Positions 9,912 through 19,664 are shown, counted from the first letter of the stretch. The stretch: DNA of 64,000 bases from Bacillota bacterium (GCA_035477115.1 DATIKW010000041.1:1781-65780), one strand, 5' to 3'. Notes: generated by a model from the letters alone, not told the origin. Made by a program: numbers and translations.

Positions 9912-10213
9912 CATATCGAGCGGGACGCCGAGCGATACTACGCGGCATCCGTTCCGGCCCTGCGTGGTTGTCATACGCAGGCGACGTCGCTTGACGAGTT
10001 GGCCACTCGACTTCGTCGGGGTTCAGAAGATTGCCGTGCGAAAGGTGTCTGGAAGACCAACGCGAAATACTTCGACTGGCCTGAGAGGATGTCAGACGGG
10101 TCGTTCACGGGGAGTTCGTGAAGTGGTTCGAGTTGTCGACTGCGGGCCCAGAAGAGGAGTATCGGGTTGTCGCAGAGCGGGTGTGGAGGGAAGTCGTCCC
10201 GTTATTGCCATGA
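9912..10213 (+). pseudogene. Decayed HicB-family antitoxin-like remnant, lacking its N-terminus and carrying a -1 frameshift near 10110
   Basis: Frame 2 reads ..ERYYAASVPALRGCHTQATSLDELATRLRR.., the HicB P-x-LPGC-x-TQG-x-T-EEA motif. A TAG lies 3 codons upstream. The reading continues in another frame after 10119 (GEFVKWFELSTAGPEEEYRVV..). Confidence 0.3.
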
Positions 10214-10421
10214 TGAACCTGCCATCGAACAACCCCTTGGACGCGGTCACTCGTTGCGAGGTGTCTGAAAGCGTGCGGCTCAGCGAAGTGGTGCTCGCTG
10301 AGGACGGGAATCGGCCAGCGCAAGACGAAATGGGGTCACGCTTTCATGCCGCCGGCCGGACCAGAAGTGTGCGAAATCGGACCGATCGATGCGGGCCGAC
10401 TGAGAATGCGGGGGATGCGCC

Positions 10422-11198
10422 GTGACCGTGAAGGTAGCGCTGCTGTATAGCGGAGCTTACGGGCTGAAGGTGCTGCGGCACCTGCGGGATGAACCCGGCT
10501 TCTGCACCGGGTGCGAGGTGTGCACGAGCTGCCGGGCCGACCACGATCTCGACTTCAGCTCCAGCCTGACTTTCGTCTGGCAGCAACCGGAACGGTTGCC
10601 GTCCATGATCGAAGACCCCGAGCGTTACCTCCCGGCCGATGCGAACCTGGCCGGAGTCCACACCGTGCTGGCCATCAACCTGCACCAGGACCTGCTCTTG
10701 GCGCTGGTCGATCAGGCCGCGCGAGCGGGCGCCAAGGCGCTGATCGCCCCGGTCGAGGACCCGGCGTGGATCCGGCCGGGGGTGGCGAACCAGGCGGCGC
10801 GACGCGCTCGAGAACTCGGAATAGAGGCAGCCTTCCCCAAGCCCTTCTGCGCCCTGGGCGAAGACGCGGCTACTCCCGCCATCAACGCGTTCTTGCGCCA
10901 TTTCCGGATCGGGTATCCCGAGGTCCGGGTGACCACCCGCGGCGGCCGCATCGAGGAGGTGGAGGTCAAGCGCAGTTCGCCGTGCGGCTGCGCTTATTTC
11001 ATGGCGCGCAACCTGGAAGGCAAGCCGATCGACGAGCACCTGGTCGAAGTGCTCGCTCAAGCCTGGCATTCCTACCCCTGCATTGCCAGTATGGCCATGG
11101 ATCCGCAGCTGAAGGACACCATCCTGCACCGCGGCGGCTACATCCATCGCGATGCCGTGCTGAAAGGGATGCCGGAAGCCGCCCGCGAAAAGCAGTAA
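10422..11198 (+). CDS. Cys-rich hypothetical protein (CTGCEVCTSC, PCGC, YPC motifs), possibly DUF166/COG1810-like. It is co-operonic with korAB.
   Basis: The start is GTG 10422, 7 nt after GGGGGA. Amino-acid composition is protein-like, unlike the overlapping alternative frame 10511..11206. korA begins 76 nt downstream. Confidence 0.6.
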   Translation: MTVKVALLYSGAYGLKVLRHLRDEPGFCTGCEVCTSCRADHDLDFSSSLTFVWQQPERLPSMIEDPERYLPADANLAGVHTVLAINLHQDLLLALVDQAARAGAKALIAPVEDPAWIRPGVANQAARRARELGIEAAFPKPFCALGEDAATPAINAFLRHFRIGYPEVRVTTRGGRIEEVEVKRSSPCGCAYFMARNLEGKPIDEHLVEVLAQAWHSYPCIASMAMDPQLKDTILHRGGYIHRDAVLKGMPEAAREKQ

Positions 11199-11273
11199 GA
11201 GTTTGAGGAAGAGACTGCCTCAAGAGGGGCCGGCCGCCCGGGCGGTCGCCAGGCGCGAGGAGGTGGCGGGAGG

Positions 11274-12956
11274 ATGAGCGACTACAACGTCCTCGTGGGA
11301 GGTGCGGCCGGCCAGGGAGTGGAGACCCTGGCTGGGCTGCTCGAGAAGGCCTTCCACCGGCACGGCCTGTGGGTGTTCGGGGTCCGGGACTACATGTCGC
11401 GGATCCGCGGCGGTCATAACTTCGCCCAGGTGCGGGTAGCCGATCGGCCGCTGCACGGCCCTCGCCGGCGCCTCGACGCCATCATTGCCCTGAACGAGGA
11501 GACGGTGCGCCTCCATCGCGACCGCCTCGCCGAAAACGGCAGGATCCTGGCTGACGCCGGGTTGGGGGTCACCGACCCGGCCTTGCTGGCCCTCCCGCTG
11601 GAACGAACCGCCCGGGAACTCGGCGACCCGCGGGTAGTCGGCAGCCTGGCGCTGGGCGCCGTGGCCGCCAGTTTCGGGCTGGACCGGGCGATCATCGAGG
11701 AAATCCTGGCCGAACGGTTCGCCGGCGAGACGCTGGCGATCAACGTGAAAGCGCTGCATGCGTCCGGGGAGTGGGCAACGCGGCACTTCCCGCTGCCGCT
11801 GCCGCCGCGGCCGACACGCGACCGCATCCTGGTCACCGGCGCCGAGGCGCTGGGTCTGGGCGTGCTCGCCGCCGGCTGCACCTTCGGCGCATGGTATCCC
11901 ATGACGCCGGCGACGCCGCTGATGACCTTCCTCGCCGACCGGCAGGCGGAGGCGGGGATGGTGGTCGAGCAAGCCGAGGACGAGATCGCGGCCATCAACA
12001 TGGCCCTTGGCGCCGCCTACGCCGGGGCGCGCGCCCTGTGCGCCACCTCCGGAGGCGGGTTCTCGCTGATGGTGGAGGGGCTGAGCCTTGCCGGCATGAC
12101 CGAGACTCCGGTGGTCATCGTCCTGATGCAAAGGCCCGGCCCGGCGACCGGCTTTCCCACCCGCACCGAGCAGGGCGATCTCGCCTTTGCCCTCACCGCT
12201 GGGCACGGCGAATTCCCCCGGCTGGTAACCGCATTGCGCACCCCGGACGATGCCTTCCGCCAGGCGGCCCGTGCCTTCAACCTGGCGGAGAAGTACCAGT
12301 TGCCGGCGATCCTGCTGGGCGACCAGTTCCTGACGGACTACGTCCAGTCGATGCCGCCGCTGGATTTCGGAAGCCTCGTCATCGAGCGACAACTGCTGGC
12401 CCCCGCCGAAGTCGGTCCCGATGGGGACTACCTCCGCTACGACCTCACCGAGAGCGGCATCTCTCCCCGGCTACTGCCCGGCAAGGCGCCCGGCCAGGTG
12501 GTGATGCTGTGCAGCGATGAGCACACGCCCCGCGGCAACATCACCGAGGCGGCGGACGTGCGTGCGGCCATGGTGGACAAACGCATGCGCAAGCATTCCA
12601 TGCTCCGCCAGGAGGTGGAGGAGCCCGAGTTCCTGGGCGAAGACGGCCCGGTGTTGTTCGTCGCCTGGGGTTCGACCGGCGGACCGTTGCGCGAGGCGGT
12701 GGAGACGCTCAATGCGGGAGGCCGCCGCGCGGGGGCGCTGGTCTTCGGCGACCTGTGGCCCTTGCCTACCGGCAGACTGCGCGAGAAAGCGCCGGGGAAG
12801 CTGCTGGTGAACGTCGAGCAGAATCACTCCGGTCAGCTGGCGCGCCTCGTCCGCCAGGAGACCGGCATCGTCTGTGACCGCAGCCTGCTGAAGTACGATG
12901 GGCGGCCGTTCACCGCCGATGAGATCGTCGCCTGGGCGCGCGAGGAGGTGCTATAG
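11274..12956 (+). CDS. korA: 2-oxoacid:ferredoxin oxidoreductase, fused gamma-alpha subunit
   Basis: The N-terminal gamma domain (VGGAAGQGV) is followed by the alpha domain (AWYPMTPATP, GGGFSLM). The RBS is GAGGAGGTGG. Confidence 0.85.
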   Translation: MSDYNVLVGGAAGQGVETLAGLLEKAFHRHGLWVFGVRDYMSRIRGGHNFAQVRVADRPLHGPRRRLDAIIALNEETVRLHRDRLAENGRILADAGLGVTDPALLALPLERTARELGDPRVVGSLALGAVAASFGLDRAIIEEILAERFAGETLAINVKALHASGEWATRHFPLPLPPRPTRDRILVTGAEALGLGVLAAGCTFGAWYPMTPATPLMTFLADRQAEAGMVVEQAEDEIAAINMALGAAYAGARALCATSGGGFSLMVEGLSLAGMTETPVVIVLMQRPGPATGFPTRTEQGDLAFALTAGHGEFPRLVTALRTPDDAFRQAARAFNLAEKYQLPAILLGDQFLTDYVQSMPPLDFGSLVIERQLLAPAEVGPDGDYLRYDLTESGISPRLLPGKAPGQVVMLCSDEHTPRGNITEAADVRAAMVDKRMRKHSMLRQEVEEPEFLGEDGPVLFVAWGSTGGPLREAVETLNAGGRRAGALVFGDLWPLPTGRLREKAPGKLLVNVEQNHSGQLARLVRQETGIVCDRSLLKYDGRPFTADEIVAWAREEVL

Positions 12957-13817
12957 ATGACGTCGCCGCGGCGCTTTGACACCCGGGACGAGCGGACCTG
13001 GTGCCCGGGATGCGGCAATCACGTGCTCCTGGCCTGTCTGAAGGAGACCCTGCACCGGCTGGACCGGCAGCCGCACGAGGTGCTCATCTGCTCGGGGATC
13101 GGCCAGGCGGCCAAGTTGCCCCATTACCTGAAGGCCAACTGCTTCAACGGACTGCACGGGAGGGCGCTGCCCCCCGCCTGCGCCGCCAAGATCGTCAACC
13201 CCGCGCTGACGGTGATCGTCAGCACGGGCGACGGCGACTCCTACGGCGAGGGCGGCAACCACTTCCTCCACGCCATCCGCCGCAACGTAGACATCGCCCA
13301 CTTCGTGCACGACAACGGCGTCTACGGCCTGACCAAGGGCCAGGCGTCGCCCACCATGGACCTTGGCCGCCCGACGCCCGGCCAAGCGGGAGGAGTCCGC
13401 TCGGAAGCGCTCAACCCCCTGGCCCTGGCCATCAGCCAGGACGCGGGTTTCGTGGCCCGAGGGTTCACGGGAGAACGGGAACACCTGGTCGAATTGATGA
13501 AGGCGGCCATAGAATACCGGGGCTACGCCCTGCTCGACATCCTGCAGCCCTGCCCGGTGTACAACAAGGTCAACACCCTGCAGTGGTACAAGGAACGGGT
13601 GCGGCCGCTCGGCGGCGAACACGACCCTGCCGACCGCCTTACGGCCTTCGCCCGGTCACTCGAGTGGGGCGACGAGGGGATACCCATCGGCGTCATCTAT
13701 CGGAAGGACAAACCCACCTTTGCCGACCGCCTGTCCCACTTGGCCGCCAACGCTGCGCTGGTCGACAAGGTGCTAGATCCCCGGGCGGCCCGGGTCTTCA
13801 TGGACCCCTTCTTCTAG
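12957..13817 (+). CDS. korB: 2-oxoacid:ferredoxin oxidoreductase beta subunit (TPP-binding)
   Basis: WCPGCGN and GDGD..YGEGGNHF are the TPP/Mg motifs. The start overlaps the korA stop, which implies translational coupling. Confidence 0.85.
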   Translation: MTSPRRFDTRDERTWCPGCGNHVLLACLKETLHRLDRQPHEVLICSGIGQAAKLPHYLKANCFNGLHGRALPPACAAKIVNPALTVIVSTGDGDSYGEGGNHFLHAIRRNVDIAHFVHDNGVYGLTKGQASPTMDLGRPTPGQAGGVRSEALNPLALAISQDAGFVARGFTGEREHLVELMKAAIEYRGYALLDILQPCPVYNKVNTLQWYKERVRPLGGEHDPADRLTAFARSLEWGDEGIPIGVIYRKDKPTFADRLSHLAANAALVDKVLDPRAARVFMDPFF

Positions 13818-14546
13818 CTAAGTGCCCGCCACCTGGAGTGCGTTAGTCCGCCTCGGCCTGGGCCCCAGGCGCCGGTCGAGGATCAGCAGGGCCAAGGCGG
13901 CCCCGGTAATGGCTATGACGCACGCCAGCAACACGGCTGCGGGGGTGACGTAGCGAATCCCCACGAAACCGGCCACGCCTCCTGCCGCGAACCCCGCGTG
14001 CTTGGTGAAGAGGAAAGCCGCTCGGGCCCAGTCGGCGGTGGCGATGGCGATGCCCATGTCTGTCAGGTCGCCGGTGACGTGGGTGGTCCGGCCGAGCTTG
14101 ACCTGGGACGTGGTGCTGTTCTGAAGCCCGGCGGCGAACGCCAGCACGGCCGCCACCCCGTAGCGCATCCCCGTATATATGTCCTTGTCGCCGAGGGCGC
14201 CGCCCGCCCAGACCAGAGCCGCGCCCAGGGCCAGCGGCACGGCGGTCACGAGCAAGGTCCTAGCGGGACCCAGGCGCGGAACCAGCCAGCCGGCGGCGGC
14301 CGCTCCCGCCACGAAGCTGTATACGATGCAAGCCACCAGCAATCCCTCGGGCAGGTCGAAGGCGAGATCGCGCAGCAAGTCGTTCACCCGGCCGGATATG
14401 TGCGTGGTCCGCTCGAATACGACCGCCACCGTCGTGACCCCGTTGACCGAGCCGGCGATGAAACTGAGGAACCACCCGGCCAGGAACAAGACCCAGCGCC
14501 GCGACAGGACCGTGAATTCGGCAGTCCCGGGGGAGACCGGCGTCAT
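13818..14546 (-). CDS. DUF1275/YoaK-family membrane protein
   Basis: About six TM helices. The GSVNGVTTVAVVFERTTHISG and QNSTTSQVKLGRTTHVTGDLTD internal duplication is typical of DUF1275. Confidence 0.7.
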   Translation of the reverse strand: MTPVSPGTAEFTVLSRRWVLFLAGWFLSFIAGSVNGVTTVAVVFERTTHISGRVNDLLRDLAFDLPEGLLVACIVYSFVAGAAAAGWLVPRLGPARTLLVTAVPLALGAALVWAGGALGDKDIYTGMRYGVAAVLAFAAGLQNSTTSQVKLGRTTHVTGDLTDMGIAIATADWARAAFLFTKHAGFAAGGVAGFVGIRYVTPAAVLLACVIAITGAALALLILDRRLGPRPRRTNALQVAGT

Positions 14547-14610
14547 ATGCGGGTCCCCCCCGTTGCCGCCCGGCCCGCGACCAGGCGGCGATCGCGACCG
14601 GCCGGCGCGC

Positions 14611-17358
14611 TCATGCGGTAGCCTGCACTTTCTCCACCCGCACCGGGCATACCTTGGTGTTGGGCGTGGTGCCCACGGCGTCGATGTGCTCGGCCGAGGT
14701 CAGGGCGTTGGTGGGCTTCTCGCCGAAGTGAATCGGCTTGAACACCACGCCCGGCACCGGCCGCTCGCTCACCCGGGCCCGGGTGAGCAGGCTCGCCCTC
14801 CGGGAGGAGACCTTCACCTGGTCGCCGTCGGCGATGCCGAGCGCAGCCGCGTCCTGTGCGTGTAACTCCACGTAGTCTTCCGGACACAGGTCATTGAGCC
14901 CCTCGACCCGCCGGGTCATCACATGGTGGAAGTGGTGCAGATCCCGCCCCGTGGTCATCACCAGCGGGTAATCGGCATCGGGCAGCTCCGGCGACGGGGT
15001 ATAGGCGAGCGGCCAGAACTCCGCCTTGCCCAGGCGGATGAACTCCCCCACGTGCAGTACCGGCGTGCCGGGGTGCTCCGCTGAAGCCACCGGCCACCGG
15101 AGTTCCTCTCCTTGCAGCCGGGCGTGGCTGACGCCGGCATAGGCGGGCACGAGCGACGCGATCTCATCCATGACCGCCGCCGGGCTCGCGAAGTCGAAGC
15201 CGCGGTAGCCAAGCCGCCGCGCGATCTCGCAGATGATCTGCCAGTCCGGCCGGGCCTCGCCGGGCGGCTCCACCGCCTTGCGGACGAGCTGCACGCGCCG
15301 GTCGGTGGCGGTGAAGGTGCCGTCCTTCTCGGCGAAGCAGGCTGCCGGCAGCACCACGTCCGCCTCCCGGGCGGTGTCGGTGAGGAATATGTCCTGGACC
15401 ACCACGAACTCCGCCTGTTGGAGCGCCTGCTTCACGCCCTCGGACTGGGCCACCGCATTGACCAGGTCGGCCCCGATGATGTACCAGAGTTTGATCTGGC
15501 GTTCGAGGTCCCACATCTCCTGGGGGCCCCAGCCCTTGGCTTTGGGGTGGAACTGCTTCACGGTGGACAGGCCGGGGAAGTCGGGCAGCTCGTAACCCCA
15601 GCCTTTCTCGAACTTCTCCTTGCTGGACTTGAACTTGTCGTATCGCGGGAACAGCTCGTAGCCGGGACAGAACTGATATCCCGGATACCAGGGCGGGGTT
15701 ATGCCGAGGTCAGTTGCGCCCTGGACGTTGTTGTGGCCGCGCAGGGGCGCGACTCCCGCCCCGGGCTTGCCGTAGTTGCCGGTCATCATCGCCAGGTGGG
15801 CCAGCGCCCACACGTTGTCGTGGCCGTGGCTGTGCTGGGTGATGCCCATCGACCAGAAGATGAGCGCGGGCTTGGTGGTGGCGTATAGCCGTGCCGCCTC
15901 GCGGATGAGTTCGGCGGAGACGCCGGTGATCGCGGCCGCCTCTTCCAGACTGAAGCCCCGCAGGGACTCGGCGTAGGCCTCGAAGTTGGTGGTCCGCTCG
16001 GCGATGAACTCCCGATCCAGCAGCCCCTCTTCCAGGATGACCTTGGCCATGCCCATGAGCAGGGCGACATCGGTGCCCGGACGCAACGGCAGCCGCAGGT
16101 GGGGCAGCCGGCACAGGTCGATCTCGTAGGGGTTGGCGATGATCAGCTTCGTCCCGCGGCGCACCGCCTGGCGGACCTCCAGCCCGACGATGGGATGGGC
16201 CTCGGTGGGGTTACACCCGATAACCAGGTGGCAGGCGGCATCCTTGATCTGCCAGATGGGCACGGTCATGGCCCCGCTGCCCGTGACGGGGATCAATCCC
16301 CGCACGGTGTTGGCATGACACAGATGCGCCACCTGGGCCACGTTGTTCGTGCCCATGACCACCCGGGCGAACTTGGAGGTCAGGTATATCTCTTCATTGG
16401 TGGTCTTGGGGCTGCCGAAGACTCCGGCCTGCCGGGCGCGATAGCGGGCGAACCGATCGGTGATCAGGTCCAGGGCCTCGTCCCAGCTGCTTTCGACCAG
16501 CCGGCCGTCCTTGCGCACCAGGGGTGTAGTCAACCGCTCGGGGTGGTTCACGAAGCTCCAGCCGAAGCGGCCTTTCACGCAGAGCCGCCCCTGGCTGGTG
16601 GTGTGATCGGGTACGCCCCGGGCGCTCACGATCTTGCCGCCGCGCGTCCCCAGGATCAGGCCGCAGCCCGTGCCGCAGTAAGGACAGACGGTGGAGACTT
16701 CCCGGGCCGGTTTCTCGAAGCCGATGGGCAAGAGGGCCCCGGTCGGACAGCGGACGACGCACTCGCCGCACGACTCGCACACCGATTCCTGCAGCGGACG
16801 GTCGCCCACCGCCGCCACCCGGGTGGCGTAGCCGCGGAAGGCGAAGTCGATGGCCGCCACGCCCTGAACCTCGTCGCAAGTGCGCACGCAGATGCCGCAC
16901 AGCACGCACTTGTTGTAGTCGCGGCGGATGAACGGGTGGGACTCGTCCACCTCCTTGCGCAGCCGGTGGGCGCGTAACATCTCGTAGCGGCCGGGATCAA
17001 TGCCGATGTACCGGGACACCTCCAGCAGCTTGCAGCTGTCAGCCTTGGCACAGGCCAGGCAGTCGGCATCATGGTCGGCGACCAGGAGTTCCACCGCCGC
17101 CCGCCGCACCTTGTCCACGGCCGGGCTGGTGGTCTTGACCTGCATCCCCGGGGCGACCGCCGCCCGGCACGACACCAGGAGCTGGCCCCCGACTTCCACC
17201 ATGCATACGCGGCAGATGCCGGCAGGCTTCAGGTCCGGATGATGGCAAAGATGCGGGATGTACATGCCGTTGGCCAGCGCCGCCTCAAGGATCGTCGTCT
17301 TCTGGGGGACCTGCACCGGGGAACCGTCTATGGTCAGGCTAACCATCGTCAAGGACAT
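14611..17358 (-). CDS. fdhA: Formate dehydrogenase catalytic (alpha) subunit, NAD-linked FdsA/NuoG-like. The N-terminus has 2Fe-2S and 4Fe-4S domains; the molybdopterin ligand is Cys.
   Basis: The N-terminal CxxC...CxxCxxxC and CPTGAL ferredoxin motifs are followed by the molybdopterin oxidoreductase domain (AHLCHANTV active-site region). The 915 aa contain no in-frame TGA, so this is not a selenoprotein. Confidence 0.9.
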   Translation of the reverse strand: MSLTMVSLTIDGSPVQVPQKTTILEAALANGMYIPHLCHHPDLKPAGICRVCMVEVGGQLLVSCRAAVAPGMQVKTTSPAVDKVRRAAVELLVADHDADCLACAKADSCKLLEVSRYIGIDPGRYEMLRAHRLRKEVDESHPFIRRDYNKCVLCGICVRTCDEVQGVAAIDFAFRGYATRVAAVGDRPLQESVCESCGECVVRCPTGALLPIGFEKPAREVSTVCPYCGTGCGLILGTRGGKIVSARGVPDHTTSQGRLCVKGRFGWSFVNHPERLTTPLVRKDGRLVESSWDEALDLITDRFARYRARQAGVFGSPKTTNEEIYLTSKFARVVMGTNNVAQVAHLCHANTVRGLIPVTGSGAMTVPIWQIKDAACHLVIGCNPTEAHPIVGLEVRQAVRRGTKLIIANPYEIDLCRLPHLRLPLRPGTDVALLMGMAKVILEEGLLDREFIAERTTNFEAYAESLRGFSLEEAAAITGVSAELIREAARLYATTKPALIFWSMGITQHSHGHDNVWALAHLAMMTGNYGKPGAGVAPLRGHNNVQGATDLGITPPWYPGYQFCPGYELFPRYDKFKSSKEKFEKGWGYELPDFPGLSTVKQFHPKAKGWGPQEMWDLERQIKLWYIIGADLVNAVAQSEGVKQALQQAEFVVVQDIFLTDTAREADVVLPAACFAEKDGTFTATDRRVQLVRKAVEPPGEARPDWQIICEIARRLGYRGFDFASPAAVMDEIASLVPAYAGVSHARLQGEELRWPVASAEHPGTPVLHVGEFIRLGKAEFWPLAYTPSPELPDADYPLVMTTGRDLHHFHHVMTRRVEGLNDLCPEDYVELHAQDAAALGIADGDQVKVSSRRASLLTRARVSERPVPGVVFKPIHFGEKPTNALTSAEHIDAVGTTPNTKVCPVRVEKVQATA

Positions 17359-17376
17359 TCCTCTCCTTCATATGGA

Positions 17377-19188
17377 TTACCGGCCGGCAGGGGCCCGCCC
17401 CGGGAGCCGCTCCACGGCGGCAAACCGCTCCGGGCAGGCGTTCACGCACACGCCGCACCGGGTGCACCGGTCCTGGTCGATGACGTGAACCTGCCGGCGC
17501 TCACCGCGGATGGCGTCCACCGGGCACTCCTTGCTGCACAGCCCGCATCCCACGCACCGTTCCGGCGAGATGTAGTAGGAGATCAGCGCCTTGCATACGC
17601 GCGCCGGGCACGTCCGTTCATGGATGTGGGCCTCGTACTCCTCCCGGAAATAGCGGATGGTGCTGAGCACGGGATTGGGGGCGGACTGGCCCAGCCCGCA
17701 GATCGAGCCTCCGGCCACCGCCTCGCTGAGTTCCAGGAGCAGATCGATATCGCGGTCCGTGCCGCGCCCCTCGGTGATCGCGGTCAGGGTGGACAGCATT
17801 TGCACCGTCCCCAGCCGGCACAACGAGCACTGGCCGCACGACTCCTTCTTGCAGAACTCCATGAAGTAGCGGGCGATGTCGACCATGCACGTGTCCTCGT
17901 CCATGACCACCATGCCGCCCGAACCCATCATTGAGCCGATGGCCACCAGCGTGTCGAAGTCCACGGGCGTGTCCAGCAGGCTTGCCGGGAGACAGCCTCC
18001 CGAAGGCCCGCCGGTCTGGATCGCCTTGATGGGCTTGCCACCGGGAACTCCCCCGCCGATGTCGCACACCACCTCGCGGAGGGTCATCCCCATCGGCACC
18101 TCAATCAAGCCGCAGTTGGCGACCTTGCCGGTCAGCGAGAAGAGGGCTGTCCCCTTGCTGCGGGCCGTCCCCCGGGCGGCGAACCAGGCCGCGCCCTCAT
18201 TGATGATCCAGCGGACGGCCGCGAACGTCTTCACGTTGTTCAGCACCGTGGGACTGGCGTGCAGGCCGGCCTCGGTGGTCCGCGGGCGGGGGAGGGGACG
18301 GGGCATCCCCCGGTAGCCCTCGATCGACTGGGTCAAGGCGGTGGACTCGCCGCAGACGAAGGCCCCCGCCCCCTGGAAGAGATGGATGTTGAATGCGAAA
18401 CCGGTTCCGAGTACGCTGTCCCCCAGGAAGCCGGACTCCCGCGCCTGCTCGATGGCGATCCGCAGCCGGCGTACCGCCAGCGGATATTCCGCCCGCACGT
18501 AGATGTAGCCGGTGCGGGCGCCTACCGCATGACCGGCGATGGCCATGCCCTCGATTACCGAATGGGGATCGCCTTCCAGCAGCGAGCGGTCCACAAACGC
18601 TCCCGGGTCGCCCTCATCCCCGTTGCAGATCACGAACTTGTGCTCGCCCTGCGCCCGCAGACACGACTCCCACTTGCGGCCGGTGGCGAAACCCGCCCCG
18701 CCCAGCCCGCGCAGGCCCGAACGCTTGACTTCTTCCACCACTTCCGCCGGCGTCAAGCCGGTGAGCGCCTTGCGCAGCGCGGCGTACCCTCCGACTTCGA
18801 GGTAGTCCTCGATGCTCTCCGGGTTGACTGCCCCGCAGTTCTTCAGCAGGATCCGCTCCTGCCGCCGGTAGTACGGGATGTCGGCGAAGCGGGGTACGGC
18901 CTGGCCGTCATGGCGATAGAACAGCCGGTCGACCGGTTGACCGCCGGGCGTCAGGGACCTGGCCAGCTCCGGCGCGTCCTCCGGCCGGACTCCGGCATAG
19001 AGAAGACCCTCCGGCTCGACGATCACCACCGGGTCGATCTGGCTGAAGCCCGGGCAGCCTACCCGCTTGACCGGGACTTCCCTGAGCCCGATCTTGCCCA
19101 ACTCGGCTTCGAGGGCCTCCGCCACCCGATCCGCCCCGGCCGACACACAGCAGGTTCCCCTGCTGACGAGAAGCCTTCGCGTCGTCAT
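17377..19188 (-). CDS. NuoF-like flavoprotein subunit of FDH/hydrogenase (FMN/NADH-binding). It has an N-terminal thioredoxin-like 2Fe-2S domain and a C-terminal 2x[4Fe-4S] ferredoxin domain.
   Basis: The true start is the internal ATG at 19188 (MTTRRLLVSRGTCC..), after GAGGGGGAAGG. The tracked 803-aa ORF has an N-terminal extension that overlaps the nuoE-like gene out of frame. The GGAGFATGRKW, ESCGQCSLCR and CVGCGLC..CTRCGVC motifs are present. Confidence 0.85.
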   Translation of the reverse strand: MTTRRLLVSRGTCCVSAGADRVAEALEAELGKIGLREVPVKRVGCPGFSQIDPVVIVEPEGLLYAGVRPEDAPELARSLTPGGQPVDRLFYRHDGQAVPRFADIPYYRRQERILLKNCGAVNPESIEDYLEVGGYAALRKALTGLTPAEVVEEVKRSGLRGLGGAGFATGRKWESCLRAQGEHKFVICNGDEGDPGAFVDRSLLEGDPHSVIEGMAIAGHAVGARTGYIYVRAEYPLAVRRLRIAIEQARESGFLGDSVLGTGFAFNIHLFQGAGAFVCGESTALTQSIEGYRGMPRPLPRPRTTEAGLHASPTVLNNVKTFAAVRWIINEGAAWFAARGTARSKGTALFSLTGKVANCGLIEVPMGMTLREVVCDIGGGVPGGKPIKAIQTGGPSGGCLPASLLDTPVDFDTLVAIGSMMGSGGMVVMDEDTCMVDIARYFMEFCKKESCGQCSLCRLGTVQMLSTLTAITEGRGTDRDIDLLLELSEAVAGGSICGLGQSAPNPVLSTIRYFREEYEAHIHERTCPARVCKALISYYISPERCVGCGLCSKECPVDAIRGERRQVHVIDQDRCTRCGVCVNACPERFAAVERLPGRAPAGR

Positions 19189-19199
19189 CGCCTTCCCCC

Positions 19200-19664
19200 T
19201 CATTCGCCCCGGGCGAGGATGGCCGCGGCCGCGCGCGGGTCCAGCCGGCCATGGACCTCGTCGTTGTTCACGACGACGCACGGCGCCAGCGCACAACAAC
19301 CTACACAGGCCACCGACTCCAGGGTGTACTCCCCGTCCGGGGTGGTTTCGCCTTCCTTGACCCCGAGGTGTTCCTCCAGCCGTTCCATCACCCGGGTCGC
19401 CCCCTGTACGTGGCAGGCCGTGCCCTTGCATACGGAGACGATCTTGCGCCCCCGGGGCTTCAGGTGGAACTGGGCGAAGAAACCGGCCACGCCATATACC
19501 TGGCTGGCGGAAACCCCGGTATGGCGGGCGATATGAGACATGGCGGCTTCGGGCAGATAGCCCAGGGCCGCCTGCACATCCTGGAGGATGGGGATGAGAC
19601 TCCCTCGCTTTGGCTGGTGAGCGGCGAGGATCTCCCGCAAACGGGCCAACTGCTCCTCGGACAT
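19200..19664 (-). CDS. NuoE-like 2Fe-2S subunit (FdsG/HoxE-type)
   Basis: CKGTACHVQG...CVGCCALAPC is the NuoE cluster motif. The start is ATG 19664 (MSEEQLARL), after GGAGGTG. Confidence 0.8.
   Translation of the reverse strand: MSEEQLARLREILAAHQPKRGSLIPILQDVQAALGYLPEAAMSHIARHTGVSASQVYGVAGFFAQFHLKPRGRKIVSVCKGTACHVQGATRVMERLEEHLGVKEGETTPDGEYTLESVACVGCCALAPCVVVNNDEVHGRLDPRAAAAILARGE

Noticed and set aside
11220-12392. 390-aa minus-strand ORF
   Set aside because: It is the antisense of korA.
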